Below, piece after piece: positions 37,455 to 47,222 of a stretch of DNA of 64,000 nt. A model generated the notes under the pieces. The model made no database searches. It worked only from the letters and a program-made list of their open reading frames with translations, and was not told the origin of the DNA. This DNA comes from an uncultured Acidobacteriota bacterium. GTDB lineage: Bacteria > Acidobacteriota > Thermoanaerobaculia > Multivoradales > UBA5704. How positions within the stretch are numbered: the stretch's first letter is position 1; every line of letters starts with the position of its first letter. The stretch covers positions 2,624,001-2,688,000 of the forward strand of contig CAVYRF010000002.1 in assembly GCA_963770895.1 (NCBI GenBank), written 5' to 3'. The translations under genes and the position numbers were made by a program.

Positions 37455-40201
37455 CGCTGGGGCTGGCGCTGAATCCGGCCCTGCCTCTGCTGGCCCTGGC
37501 CGCGGCGGCCGGCCCGGCCCTGGCCGCCGCCCTGGCGCGCGCCGGCCGCTGGCTGGACCGCGGCGGCGACCGCGCGCGGCGATCTCCGGGCGCGCCGGAG
37601 GCACCGGGGTCATCTCGTGCACCGGGGGCATCTGGTGCGCCGGGGGCATCTGGTGCGTCCGGCACGCAGGGCATGCACCGGCCGCGACCCCCTCAGAACA
37701 CCGCGCCGTTCCCCGGCGAGCCCCGGCGCCTGTGGCGCGAGCTTGGCACCCCCTGGGCGATCCTGGGCGTCGCCGGCCTGGCGCTGCTCGCGCCGGCCCT
37801 CGCCCTGCCCACCGGCATCCCCAGCCCGGCCGGCACCCTTTCGCTGCTGCCGCCCTGGTCCGGCGCGCCGGCGAGGCCGACCGGCGTCGCCGACACCGGG
37901 CGCCAGCCCGACCCAACCGCGGTGGCGACGCCCGCGGCGACGGCGCACGACATCGGGCGCCCGCCCGCCCCGGCCGCGGCGACGACGCCCGCGGCAACGG
38001 AGCGCGGTGCGGGCGGCTACCCCGGCAATCCGCTGCTGCGGGACGTGACCTACCAGATTCAGCCGTGGCTGCTGTTCATGCGGCGGGAGCTGCGGGCGGG
38101 GCGGTTGCCGGGCTGGAACCCGTTTCAGTTTGCCGGCGCGCCGTTCTGGGCCAACGGCCAATCGGCGGTGCTGTTTCCCCTCCACCTGCTGTTCGTGGCG
38201 CTGCCGCTGTCGCTCGGCTTCAACCTGCTGCCGTGGCTGCGCCTGGTGATCGGCGGCTGCGGGGTCTGGGCGCTGGGCCGCGAGCTGGGCCTGGGGATAC
38301 AGGCGGCGGCCCTTGCCGCGGTCAGCTTTGCGCTGTCCGGCATGCTGGTCAGCTTCGCGCTGTTCCCCATGGGCAACGCGCTGGCGCTGGTGCCCTGGGT
38401 GCTGTGGGCGGTGGAGCGCGTCGCCGCCACCGCCGGCGAGGCGCCTGCCGCCCGCCTGCGGGCTGTCCTGGCCCTGGCGGCCGCGACCGGCCTGCAGCTG
38501 CTGGCCGGCCATCCGGAAACCGCCGCCCATACGGCGCTGCTGTCGCTGCTGTACCTGGCGGTGCGCGGCGGCGCGCACCCCGTCGCCGCCTGGGCCGGTT
38601 GGTGTGGCGGCTGGCTGGCCGGCGCCGGTCTGGCGGCGGTGCAGCTGGTGCCGCTTGCCGCCCTGCTGCCCGCGACGACGCGCTGGCAGGCGGCCGGCGG
38701 CGGCACGGAGCCGCCTTTCGGTCTGCTCCTGCAACAGCCGTTGCGGCTGGTGCTGCCCGAACTCTTCGGCCATCCGGCGCACGGCACCTGGTGGGGGCCG
38801 TTCAACTACTCCGCCACCGCCGTCTACGCCGGCGCCCTGGCCCTGCCCCTTGCCGCCGCCGGCCTCGCCCGCTGCCGCCGCGACCGTCGCTGGCTGGCGC
38901 TCGCTGTTGCAGGCGCCTTCGCCTTTGCCGCCGCCTACCACTGGCCTGGGCTGCGCGATCTGCTGGCGGTTCTTCCGATCGTCGGCCGCGCCGCCCACCA
39001 CCGCCTGATCTTCGGCATCGAGCTGACCGTGGCGCTGCTCGCCGGCGCCGGCTGCGACGAATGGCTGGCCGGGCGCGGGCGCGGCATCCTCGCCGGCAGC
39101 GCCGCCGCCGTGGCGCTGCTGGCCGTAGCCTGGCTGCTGTACCGCGATGCCTGGGCCGCCCACGGTCTGACCGCGGTCGAGACGGCATGGACGCTGGGCG
39201 TGGCCGCCGCGGCAGTCCTCTGCGCCCTGTCGTTGCGTCTGACCGCGCCCTGGCGGCACCACCTGGCGGGGGCGCTGCCGGCGCTTGCGCTCTGCGACCT
39301 GCTGCTCGCCCACGGCGCCATCAACCCGCCCCTGCCGCTGGAGCGCCTCTACCCGCAAACCGGCGCCGTCGCCTTCCTCCAGCAGCAGTCTGGGGAGGGC
39401 AGCCAGGGCATCGGCCGCGGCAGCCAAGAATGGCGAGCCGGGCGGCACGGACGGGACGGCCAGGATAGGCCAGGAGGACCGGAGCCGGCCGCAAGGGTGG
39501 TCGGGATGGGCGAGGCGCTGCGGCCCGACACCGCCACGGTGTTCCGCCTCTACGACCTGCGCGGCGACGATCCGGTGAAGCTTGGGCGCTTCGAAGCTGT
39601 CTACGGGCAGCTCGCCCCCACCGACGCCGTCTACTTCCAGCCGGTCACCCATTGGGATTCGCCCTGGCTCGACCGCCTCGGCGTGCGCTGGGTACTCGCC
39701 GGCCCCGATCAGCCTCCCGCGATCGGCGCCGCGGGCGCCGCAGGCAGGTGGCGTCTGGCCTACGCCGGCGCCGATGCGCGGGTCTACGAGCGCCCGACGG
39801 CGCTGCCGCTGGTACGGTGGGATGCGGCGGGTGGCGGAGACCCGGATGCATTGGCGACGCTGGGACGTGCGCCGGGGCTGTGGCGGATTGCCTGGCGCAG
39901 CGCGATCCGGCGGACGCTGGTGGTGGCGGAGACGTGGGACCGCGGCTGGCGTGCGTACCTGGACGGCCGGCAGGTGCCGGTCCAGCCGGCAGGCGGCCTG
40001 CTGCTGGGGGTGGCCGTGGGTCCAGGCGTCGGCCGGCTGGAGCTGCGCTATCGGCCGCCGGGGCTGCGCGCCGGAGCGGCTCTGTCGCTCGCCACCGTGA
40101 TCCTGCTGGCAGGCCTCGCGGCCTGGCTGTCGCGGGTCGGGGATGGTCCCGCCGCGACGGGCGGCGGCGACAGTGCGACCTTGGAGGCGGGGGTCCGATG
40201 A
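37451..40201 (+). CDS. YfhO-family (GT-C-type) membrane glycosyltransferase
   Basis: NPLLRD..YQ..PW, GRLPGWNPFQFAGAPF, LAGHPE, many TMs, C-terminal ETWDRGWRAYLDG..LRYRP. Confidence 0.85.
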   Translation: MTLGLALNPALPLLALAAAAGPALAAALARAGRWLDRGGDRARRSPGAPEAPGSSRAPGASGAPGASGASGTQGMHRPRPPQNTAPFPGEPRRLWRELGTPWAILGVAGLALLAPALALPTGIPSPAGTLSLLPPWSGAPARPTGVADTGRQPDPTAVATPAATAHDIGRPPAPAAATTPAATERGAGGYPGNPLLRDVTYQIQPWLLFMRRELRAGRLPGWNPFQFAGAPFWANGQSAVLFPLHLLFVALPLSLGFNLLPWLRLVIGGCGVWALGRELGLGIQAAALAAVSFALSGMLVSFALFPMGNALALVPWVLWAVERVAATAGEAPAARLRAVLALAAATGLQLLAGHPETAAHTALLSLLYLAVRGGAHPVAAWAGWCGGWLAGAGLAAVQLVPLAALLPATTRWQAAGGGTEPPFGLLLQQPLRLVLPELFGHPAHGTWWGPFNYSATAVYAGALALPLAAAGLARCRRDRRWLALAVAGAFAFAAAYHWPGLRDLLAVLPIVGRAAHHRLIFGIELTVALLAGAGCDEWLAGRGRGILAGSAAAVALLAVAWLLYRDAWAAHGLTAVETAWTLGVAAAAVLCALSLRLTAPWRHHLAGALPALALCDLLLAHGAINPPLPLERLYPQTGAVAFLQQQSGEGSQGIGRGSQEWRAGRHGRDGQDRPGGPEPAARVVGMGEALRPDTATVFRLYDLRGDDPVKLGRFEAVYGQLAPTDAVYFQPVTHWDSPWLDRLGVRWVLAGPDQPPAIGAAGAAGRWRLAYAGADARVYERPTALPLVRWDAAGGGDPDALATLGRAPGLWRIAWRSAIRRTLVVAETWDRGWRAYLDGRQVPVQPAGGLLLGVAVGPGVGRLELRYRPPGLRAGAALSLATVILLAGLAAWLSRVGDGPAATGGGDSATLEAGVR

Positions 40202-41328
40202 TCGCGGTGCGGGCGACGACGGAGGCCGACGTGGAGGGGCTTTCGGCGCTGTTCGAGGCGCGGTTCGGGCATGGGTTGAGCCTGGCGGCGTGGAGCTGGA
40301 AGTACCGGCAGTTGCCGGGGGTGGCGCGCAGCATGGTGGCGGTGGACGCCGACGGCACCGTGTTGGCGCACGCTGGGGCGCTGCGTCTGGAGGCGCGGTG
40401 GCTTGGGGGCCAGGGGGGCATCTGGCAGCTGGTCGATTTTGCCGGGCGGTCGAGCGGCGCGGGCCTGCGGCCGCCGCTGGTCGAGCTGGGGAGGCAGCTG
40501 CTGGCCGACCTCCCCGCCGCGGGCGAGGCGCCCTGGATCTTCGGCTTCCCCAGCGAGCGTCACTTCCGCCTGGGGGAGCGGGTCTTCGGCTATCGGCCGC
40601 TGGTGCACCTGACCCCGCTGGCGGGGCCGCTGCCTCAGGTGCCGGCGGCTGCGGTGGTGGCGCCGGTGGCGCTGGCGGCGCTGGGGGAAACGGCCCTGGG
40701 GGAAACGGACCTGGAGAGAGCGGCGCCGGCTGACGAAGCGTCGCTGCGATGGCAGTCGGGCGACTGGCGCCTGGCGAGCGGCGATTCGTGCGGCGCATGG
40801 GCGGCGGCGATCTGGGAGCGCTGCGGGGTCCTGGGGATCCGGCGCACCAGGGAGTTCCTCAATTGGCGCTATTGGGCGCGGCCCGACCGGTATTACCGCT
40901 TCTACCGCCTGCGCAACGGGTCTGACCAGGGCCTGGCGGTGTTTGCCTTTGTCGGCGACCAGGCCTGGGCGGCGGAGCTCTGGCTTCCGGGCGGGAGCGA
41001 CTGGTACTCTCCGATGCTTGCCGTCGCCGCCGATCTGCGGGCCGCCGGCCTGCGCAGCTGGCGCTTCTGGCCCCTGCCGCAGCCGGGCGGCGCACACGAC
41101 GCGGCGGCAGCCGCGGGCGCGGTGACCGGCGATGCCGCCATCGCCGCCATCGCCGCCAGCGGCGGCGCAGGTGGGGCAGGCACGGACGCCGGGCTGCTGC
41201 GCCGTCTGGGCCTGCTCCCTGAAAGCGAGCGGCGGTTCGTCGGCTGCCGCGGCGCCGTGGGCGCGGCGGACCCGGCGCCGGCGGCGAGCGGCTTCTACTT
41301 CGCCATGGGTGACTATGACCTCGCCTGA
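40198..41328 (+). CDS. GNAT-family acyltransferase (glycan-locus type)
   Basis: MIAVRATT.AD, W.WKY, FGFPS, FLNWRY..P; ATG overlapping upstream stop. Confidence 0.72.
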   Translation: MIAVRATTEADVEGLSALFEARFGHGLSLAAWSWKYRQLPGVARSMVAVDADGTVLAHAGALRLEARWLGGQGGIWQLVDFAGRSSGAGLRPPLVELGRQLLADLPAAGEAPWIFGFPSERHFRLGERVFGYRPLVHLTPLAGPLPQVPAAAVVAPVALAALGETALGETDLERAAPADEASLRWQSGDWRLASGDSCGAWAAAIWERCGVLGIRRTREFLNWRYWARPDRYYRFYRLRNGSDQGLAVFAFVGDQAWAAELWLPGGSDWYSPMLAVAADLRAAGLRSWRFWPLPQPGGAHDAAAAAGAVTGDAAIAAIAASGGAGGAGTDAGLLRRLGLLPESERRFVGCRGAVGAADPAPAASGFYFAMGDYDLA

Positions 41329-43933
41329 CCTCGGCCATCGCGCGGGCGCTCCCGCGTCCGTCGCCGTGCCGGCGCGTCTGCTCGGCGCGGCGCTCTGCCT
41401 TGTCCTGGCGGCGGGGTGCCGGCATGCGCCTGCTGGCTTCGATCTGCGGTCGCTGGTCGCGGCGGGGCGGTTTACCGTCGCCGGCGGCACCGCGGCCAAC
41501 GGCACGCCGGCAAACGGCTCGGCTGCCAACGCCACAGCCGCCGGGGGCACGGCGCCGGAAGAAACGGCGCCAAACGGCGCCTCGCCGAGCCTGGTGTTCG
41601 CGGCTCGCCCGCAGCTCGCGGACGTCGAGGTGGACCACGAGCGGCGGCCGGTGGTCCTCACCAGCGCCGCGCCCTGGAGCTGGACCGGTCAGGTGCCGCC
41701 GCACGCGGAGCTGCACGCGGGCGTGCAGCTGGTGCCGGCGGCGCGGCCGCTGGTGCGCCGCCTGCAGGCGGTGGTGACCCTGCGGAGCGGGCACGAGACG
41801 GAGGTTTTGCAGGCGGCGCGGTCGGGAGAGCGGGTCGATCCGCTGTGGCTCGACCTGTCGGCCGACCTGGAGCGCTATGCGGGCCGCCGGGTGACGCTGC
41901 AGTTCGCGGTGACCCTTGCCGACCTGCCGCGGGCCTCCGCCGGCGCCAACCTGGTGGCCTGGGGGCCGGTGGCCCTCACCGCCGCCGCCACGGGTCCGGG
42001 CTCGATCGCGCCCACGTCCGCCACGTCTGCCGCTGGCGGCGCCGCCGGCAGAGCCGGAACCGCCGGCGCCGGCCCGGCAGGCGGCACGGCGCGGCCCAAC
42101 ATCCTGATGATCCTGGTGGACACGCTGCGCCGCGACCGCCTGACGCCTTACGGCTACGGCAAGGACACCACGCCCGAAATGGCGCGCTGGCTGGCCGAGC
42201 GCGGCACCGTGGCCGAGGATGCCTACAGCCAGGCGCCCTGGACGCTGCCGTCGGTGGTGTCGCTGTTCACCGGCCGGTATCCGGGGGAGCTGCTGGGCTC
42301 CGACCTCGCTTCGTACGGCGTGCCGCCGCGGCTCCAGCCGCTGGCCGAGCGGCTGGCGGCGGCCGGGTTCGTGACCGCGGGATTTCTTGCCAATCCGACC
42401 CTGCACGTCGGCGCCGGCTTCGAGCGCGGCTTTCAGACGTTCTATGCCCCGCCGGCCGACGTGGAGTGGCTGCGGCGCCACGCCGAGGACGTCAATCGCC
42501 ATGCCCTGCCTTGGATTGCCGCGCACCAGGACGGCGGGCGGCCGTTCTTCCTGTACCTGCACTACATCGATCCCCACGATCCCTACGACAATCCGGACGT
42601 CGTCGGCAACCATTCGCCGTTCGATGACGGCAACTACACCGGCCCGGTGGCGGGCGACTGGGTGCACGGCGTCTACAGCGGCAAGATCGTCCTGCCCGAT
42701 CCGCCGCGCGACATCGCCCACCTCTCCGCCCTGTACGACGCCGAGGTGCACTACGTCGACCGCTACGTCGGCCAGGTGCTGGCCAGCCTGCGGCCGGCGG
42801 TGCTGGCCAACACCCTGGTGGTGCTCACCGCCGATCACGGCGAGGAGCTGTTCGACCACGGCGGCTGGAAGCATGGGCAGACGCTCTATGACGAGCAGAT
42901 CCACGTGCCGCTGCTCTGGCGGTGGGACGGCCACATCGCGGCCGGCCGGCGGCTGGCGGGCACCGTGCGGCTGCTCGACGTGGCGCCCACCCTGGCCGCC
43001 GCCGCCGGCGCGCCGCCGGATCCGGGTTGGGAAGGCGCCAACCTGCTGCCGGCACTGACCGGCGCCGCACCGCTCGCCGAGCGGCCGGCTTTCTCCCAGG
43101 GCCTGTCCGGCGGACCCCTGCGCGCCGCCGCGGTGCTCGGCCATGAAAAGCTGATCGTGTTCAACCACGAAGAGCCCTTCCAACCCGGCGACGCGCTGCA
43201 GGACCACCTGTGGCGCCAGGACCTTGCCCGCCTGCGGCGGGTCGAGCACTACGACCTGGCCGCGGACCCGCGCGAGCGCCACGACCTGGCGGCCGCCTCG
43301 ACCCCGAACCCCGGCGCCGGTCCGGCCACCGGCCCGGCCGGTAGCCCAGCCGCGGCGCCGGCCGGCAGCCGCCTGCCGCTGCTCGCCGCGGTCATCGAGC
43401 GCCGCCTGGACCGCTGCCTGTCCGGTCTGCGCCTGTACGCCGCCGGCATTCCGGCCGGGTCGACGCTCCGCCTCGACCTCACCCTGGCGCGGCCGCCGCA
43501 CGGCTGGACCCCCTACCTGCTGGGCGCCGCCGACCACGCCGTCGTGGCGGGAGGGCACCTGGTCCTGGACCTTGCGGGCGGCGACTGGCTGGTGCGCGGG
43601 GTGCGGATCGACGACGATGCGGCGGGGGTGGTGGCGCTTGCCGCCACCCTGGACGGCCGGCCGCTGCCGCCGGGGCAGGTGCGCGTCGGCGCCGGCGCGC
43701 CCTATGCCGGCGGTGCGCTGAACCCGGCCGCGCTGCGGACCCGCGACTGGCCGGCGGTGCTCGACGACGCCACGGCGGCGCCCTTCGGCGGCGCCGGCGC
43801 CGCCGGCGCCGCCGGTAAAATCGGCCCCGTCGTGGGGCTGTGGCTGCACGACACCACGGGCGAGCTGCAGCGGCCGACCGCCCACGACCCCGAAACCGAA
43901 CGGCGCCTGCGCGCCCTGGGGTACATCGAATGA
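41315..43933 (+). CDS. Sulfatase/alkaline-phosphatase-superfamily lipoprotein, Thr-type active site
   Basis: Lipobox LAAGC; PNILMILVDTLRRD; WTLPSVVSLFTG; DPHDPY; ADHGE; HVPL; C-terminal LRALGY. Confidence 0.88.
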   Translation: MTSPDLGHRAGAPASVAVPARLLGAALCLVLAAGCRHAPAGFDLRSLVAAGRFTVAGGTAANGTPANGSAANATAAGGTAPEETAPNGASPSLVFAARPQLADVEVDHERRPVVLTSAAPWSWTGQVPPHAELHAGVQLVPAARPLVRRLQAVVTLRSGHETEVLQAARSGERVDPLWLDLSADLERYAGRRVTLQFAVTLADLPRASAGANLVAWGPVALTAAATGPGSIAPTSATSAAGGAAGRAGTAGAGPAGGTARPNILMILVDTLRRDRLTPYGYGKDTTPEMARWLAERGTVAEDAYSQAPWTLPSVVSLFTGRYPGELLGSDLASYGVPPRLQPLAERLAAAGFVTAGFLANPTLHVGAGFERGFQTFYAPPADVEWLRRHAEDVNRHALPWIAAHQDGGRPFFLYLHYIDPHDPYDNPDVVGNHSPFDDGNYTGPVAGDWVHGVYSGKIVLPDPPRDIAHLSALYDAEVHYVDRYVGQVLASLRPAVLANTLVVLTADHGEELFDHGGWKHGQTLYDEQIHVPLLWRWDGHIAAGRRLAGTVRLLDVAPTLAAAAGAPPDPGWEGANLLPALTGAAPLAERPAFSQGLSGGPLRAAAVLGHEKLIVFNHEEPFQPGDALQDHLWRQDLARLRRVEHYDLAADPRERHDLAAASTPNPGAGPATGPAGSPAAAPAGSRLPLLAAVIERRLDRCLSGLRLYAAGIPAGSTLRLDLTLARPPHGWTPYLLGAADHAVVAGGHLVLDLAGGDWLVRGVRIDDDAAGVVALAATLDGRPLPPGQVRVGAGAPYAGGALNPAALRTRDWPAVLDDATAAPFGGAGAAGAAGKIGPVVGLWLHDTTGELQRPTAHDPETERRLRALGYIE

Positions 43934-45897
43934 GCACACCGCCTCCGCCGCAGCCTCCCGGCGCCACCGAAGAGGTGCGCGCCGCAAGCGTCCTGGTCGT
44001 GGCACCCCATCAGGACGACGAGGTGGTGGGGTGCGGCGGCCTGGTGGCCGCGCTGGCCGCGGCGGGCGCCGTGGTGCGGGTGCTGTTTCTGAGCGACGGC
44101 GGCGGCGGCACCGAGCGCGTCCCCGACCGCGAAACCTACCGCTTGCGCCGCCGCCACGAAGCGGTGGCGGCCCTGGGCCTGCTGGGAGTGGCCGGCAGCG
44201 ACCGTCTGGAGCTGCCCGACGGCGCGCTCGACCAGCACCTGGAGGCGGCGGCAGCCGGCATCCGCCGCGCGCTGACCAGCCAGCGCCCCGAGCTGCTGCT
44301 GTGCCCGTCGCCGCTGGAGGTCTCCGCCGACCACCGCGCCGCGTTCGCCGCCCTCCACCGGGTGCTGGCGCCGCTACGCTCCGCCGCCGAGGTGGAGGAG
44401 CTTGGCGGCCTGCGCATCCTGCTCTACGAGGTCAACCACCCCGCCTACCCCGACCTGCTGGTGGACGTGAGCGGCGCCGAGCCGCTGCTGCGCGCGGCCA
44501 TGGCCTGCTATGTCAGCCAGGAGGAGCGCCACCCCTACCTGGCGGCGGCGCTCGGCCTGCGCCGCTATCGCACCCTCAGCCTGTCGCCGCAGGTGACCAT
44601 GGCGGAGGCCTACCGGCGGCTGACCGTCGCCGATTTCACCACCCGCAGCGCGGCCCAGCTGGTGCGCCACCTGGGCGGCGAGCCGGAGCTGCTCGCCGTG
44701 CACGAGGGGCCGCGGATCTCCGTCGTGGTGCGCACCCGCGACCGCCCCCAGCTGCTGGCCGAAGCCCTGGGCAGCCTGGCGGGCGGCACCTATCGGCGGG
44801 CCAGCGTCGTGCTGGTCAACGACGGCGGGCAGCCGCCGGTGGTGCCGGACGGCTTCCCGCTGCCGGTCACCCGCGTCGAGCTGCCGCCGGGTGGCGGGGA
44901 GCATGGCCGCGCCGCGGCGGCGGCGGCCGGCATCGCCGCCGCCACCGGCGACTACGTGGCGTTCCTCGACGACGACGACCTGGCGGCGCCCGAGCACCTG
45001 GCGACCCTGGCCGCCATGGTCGGCGGCGCCGCGGTGCGCATCGCCTACACCGACGCCGCGGTCGGCGTGTACGAGCTGGACGGCCAATCGGGCTGGGTCT
45101 GCCGCGAGCGCCGGCTGCCGTACAGCCGCGACTTCGATCCCGACCTGCTGCTGGTGGACAACTACATCCCGTTCAACACCCTGCTGATCGAGCGCCGGCT
45201 GCTGCAGGAGGCGGGACCGCCCGACGCCGCGCTGCCGTTTTTCGAGGATTGGGACCTGCTCATCCGCCTGGCGGCGCTGGCGCCCTTCCACCACCTGGCG
45301 CGGGTCACCTGCGAATACCGCCACTTCCGCGGTCCGATGTCGCACGTCTTCGGCGAGCGCCCGCGCGAGCGCGCCGACTTCCTCGCCGTCAAGGCGCAGG
45401 TGCTGGCCAAGCACGCCGCGCGCCTCCCCCCGGCGGCGCTGGCGCGGGTGGTGGACACCTTGCGTGGCGACCTGGTCGCGGCGCGCGAGGCGGTCGCGGT
45501 GGGCGAGCGCCAGCTCGCGGCAGCGCGCGACGAAATGGCCGGCCTGGCGCGCGCCCACCGTGCCGTGGCGGCGGAACGCTTTCATTTCGAGGACCGCTAT
45601 CACGCCGTCAACGGCGAGCTGCATGCGGTGCGCGGGGATCTGCACGCGGCGCACGGCGAGGTGACGCGCCTGGCCCGCGAGCTGGCGGACCACGCCGCCG
45701 CCGCCGCCGCCAACGCCGCCGAGCTGCGGCGCCTGTACGACGAAGAGTGCCGCCTGCGCGCCGCCGTCGACGAGCAGACGGCGCACCTGGGCCGCACCTA
45801 CGGCGAGATCGACCGCCTCACCCGGCAGATCCGCGCCATGGAGGCGACGCGCGCCTGGCGCCTGCGCCGGTGGCTCGAGGGGTGGCGCCGCCGATGA
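43930..45897 (+). CDS. PIG-L/LmbE deacetylase - GT2 - coiled-coil fusion
   Basis: APHQDDE, R..EA, ADH; then VVVRTRDRP, VNDGG, FLDDDD, EDWD; heptad tail ending MEATRAWRLRRW. Confidence 0.88.
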   Translation: MSTPPPPQPPGATEEVRAASVLVVAPHQDDEVVGCGGLVAALAAAGAVVRVLFLSDGGGGTERVPDRETYRLRRRHEAVAALGLLGVAGSDRLELPDGALDQHLEAAAAGIRRALTSQRPELLLCPSPLEVSADHRAAFAALHRVLAPLRSAAEVEELGGLRILLYEVNHPAYPDLLVDVSGAEPLLRAAMACYVSQEERHPYLAAALGLRRYRTLSLSPQVTMAEAYRRLTVADFTTRSAAQLVRHLGGEPELLAVHEGPRISVVVRTRDRPQLLAEALGSLAGGTYRRASVVLVNDGGQPPVVPDGFPLPVTRVELPPGGGEHGRAAAAAAGIAAATGDYVAFLDDDDLAAPEHLATLAAMVGGAAVRIAYTDAAVGVYELDGQSGWVCRERRLPYSRDFDPDLLLVDNYIPFNTLLIERRLLQEAGPPDAALPFFEDWDLLIRLAALAPFHHLARVTCEYRHFRGPMSHVFGERPRERADFLAVKAQVLAKHAARLPPAALARVVDTLRGDLVAAREAVAVGERQLAAARDEMAGLARAHRAVAAERFHFEDRYHAVNGELHAVRGDLHAAHGEVTRLARELADHAAAAAANAAELRRLYDEECRLRAAVDEQTAHLGRTYGEIDRLTRQIRAMEATRAWRLRRWLEGWRRR

Positions 45898-47222
45898 GCC
45901 GCATCGCCTTCGTCTCGAGCGAGCCGATCCGGCCGCGCATGGCGGGCATCGGCATCCGCTATCTGGAATTCGCCCGCCGCCTGGCGGCGCGCGGCCTGGC
46001 GACCGTCCTGCTGTCGCCGGCAACCGCCGCGGAGAGCGAGGGGCTGGACCTGGCAGGCGTCGAGCTGCAACGCTGGGAGCCGCAGCGCCTGGCCGGCCAG
46101 CTGGCCGGCTGCACCGCCGCGGTGGCCCAGGGGCAGCTGGCCAACGACCTGGTGTTGGCGGCGCCCGACCTGCCGGTGGCGCTGGACCTGTACGACCCCT
46201 GGCTGGTCGAGCATTTTTCCTACCTTGGCACCCTGGGCCTGGATCCCTACCGCAACGACCACGCCACCTGGCTGCTGCAGCTGTCGCGCGGCGATTTCTT
46301 CCTCTGTTCGTCGGAAGAGCAGCGCGCCTTCTACCTGGGCTTCCTGGCTGCCCTCGGCCGCGTCAACCCCGAGCTGGCGGCGCGCGATCCCGACCTGCGC
46401 ACGCTGATCGAGGTGGTGCCTTTCGGCGTGCCGGACGCGCTGCCGCCGCACCGCCCGTACCTGCCGCCGCGCCAGCCCGGCGAGACGCGGCTGCTGTTCG
46501 GCGGCCTGTACGACTGGTACGACCCCTGGACCCTTCTCGACGCCCTGGCGCTGGCCGAGCGGCCGGGCCAGGTGCTGCTGTTGATCCACAATCCCAACCC
46601 GGGCACGCCGCAGCGCCTGTTCGAAGAGGTCGCCGAGCGCTGCCGCCGCCTGGGCTGGTGGGGGAGCCGCGTGCAGGCGATCGACTGGGTGCCGGTCGAG
46701 CGGCGCTACGACCTGCTGCGCGACGTCGACCTGCTGGTGGCGCCGCACCGCCCCAGCCTGGAAACCCGGCTGTCGCTGCGCACCCGCTTCCTGGACGCGC
46801 TGGCCGCCGGCTGTCCGGTGGTGACGACGGAAGGCGGCGCCATGAGCCGCATGCTGCGCGAGCACGGCGCCGGCTGGGCCGTGCCGCCGGGCGACGCGGC
46901 GGCGCTCGCCCAGGCGCTGGCCGCCGCGCTGGCCGCCGGGCCCGGATCGGTCGCCGGCGCCGCCTGGCGCCAGGGCGCCGCGGCGCTTCTGGCTGCCTTT
47001 CGCTGGGACCAGGCGCTGGACCCGCTGGCGCGCTTCTGCGGCGCCCCCTGGCGCGACGCCACCAAGTCCCGCTTCGTGCACACCCTGGCGACCGCGGCGC
47101 CCGCCGACTCCCTGGCCTTCCGCATCCGCCGCCGTCTGCGCCTGGCGCGGGCGCGCCTCGCGCAGCGCAGCGGCGGGGCCGGCAGCGGCAGCGGGCGCGC
47201 AGGCGAGGCGCCGCAGCGATGA
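45894..47222 (+). CDS. GT4-like (GT-B) glycosyltransferase
   Basis: MAGIGIRY, VVPFG, FGGLYDWYDP, ETRLSLRTRFLDALAAGCPVV. Confidence 0.82.
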   Translation: MSRIAFVSSEPIRPRMAGIGIRYLEFARRLAARGLATVLLSPATAAESEGLDLAGVELQRWEPQRLAGQLAGCTAAVAQGQLANDLVLAAPDLPVALDLYDPWLVEHFSYLGTLGLDPYRNDHATWLLQLSRGDFFLCSSEEQRAFYLGFLAALGRVNPELAARDPDLRTLIEVVPFGVPDALPPHRPYLPPRQPGETRLLFGGLYDWYDPWTLLDALALAERPGQVLLLIHNPNPGTPQRLFEEVAERCRRLGWWGSRVQAIDWVPVERRYDLLRDVDLLVAPHRPSLETRLSLRTRFLDALAAGCPVVTTEGGAMSRMLREHGAGWAVPPGDAAALAQALAAALAAGPGSVAGAAWRQGAAALLAAFRWDQALDPLARFCGAPWRDATKSRFVHTLATAAPADSLAFRIRRRLRLARARLAQRSGGAGSGSGRAGEAPQR

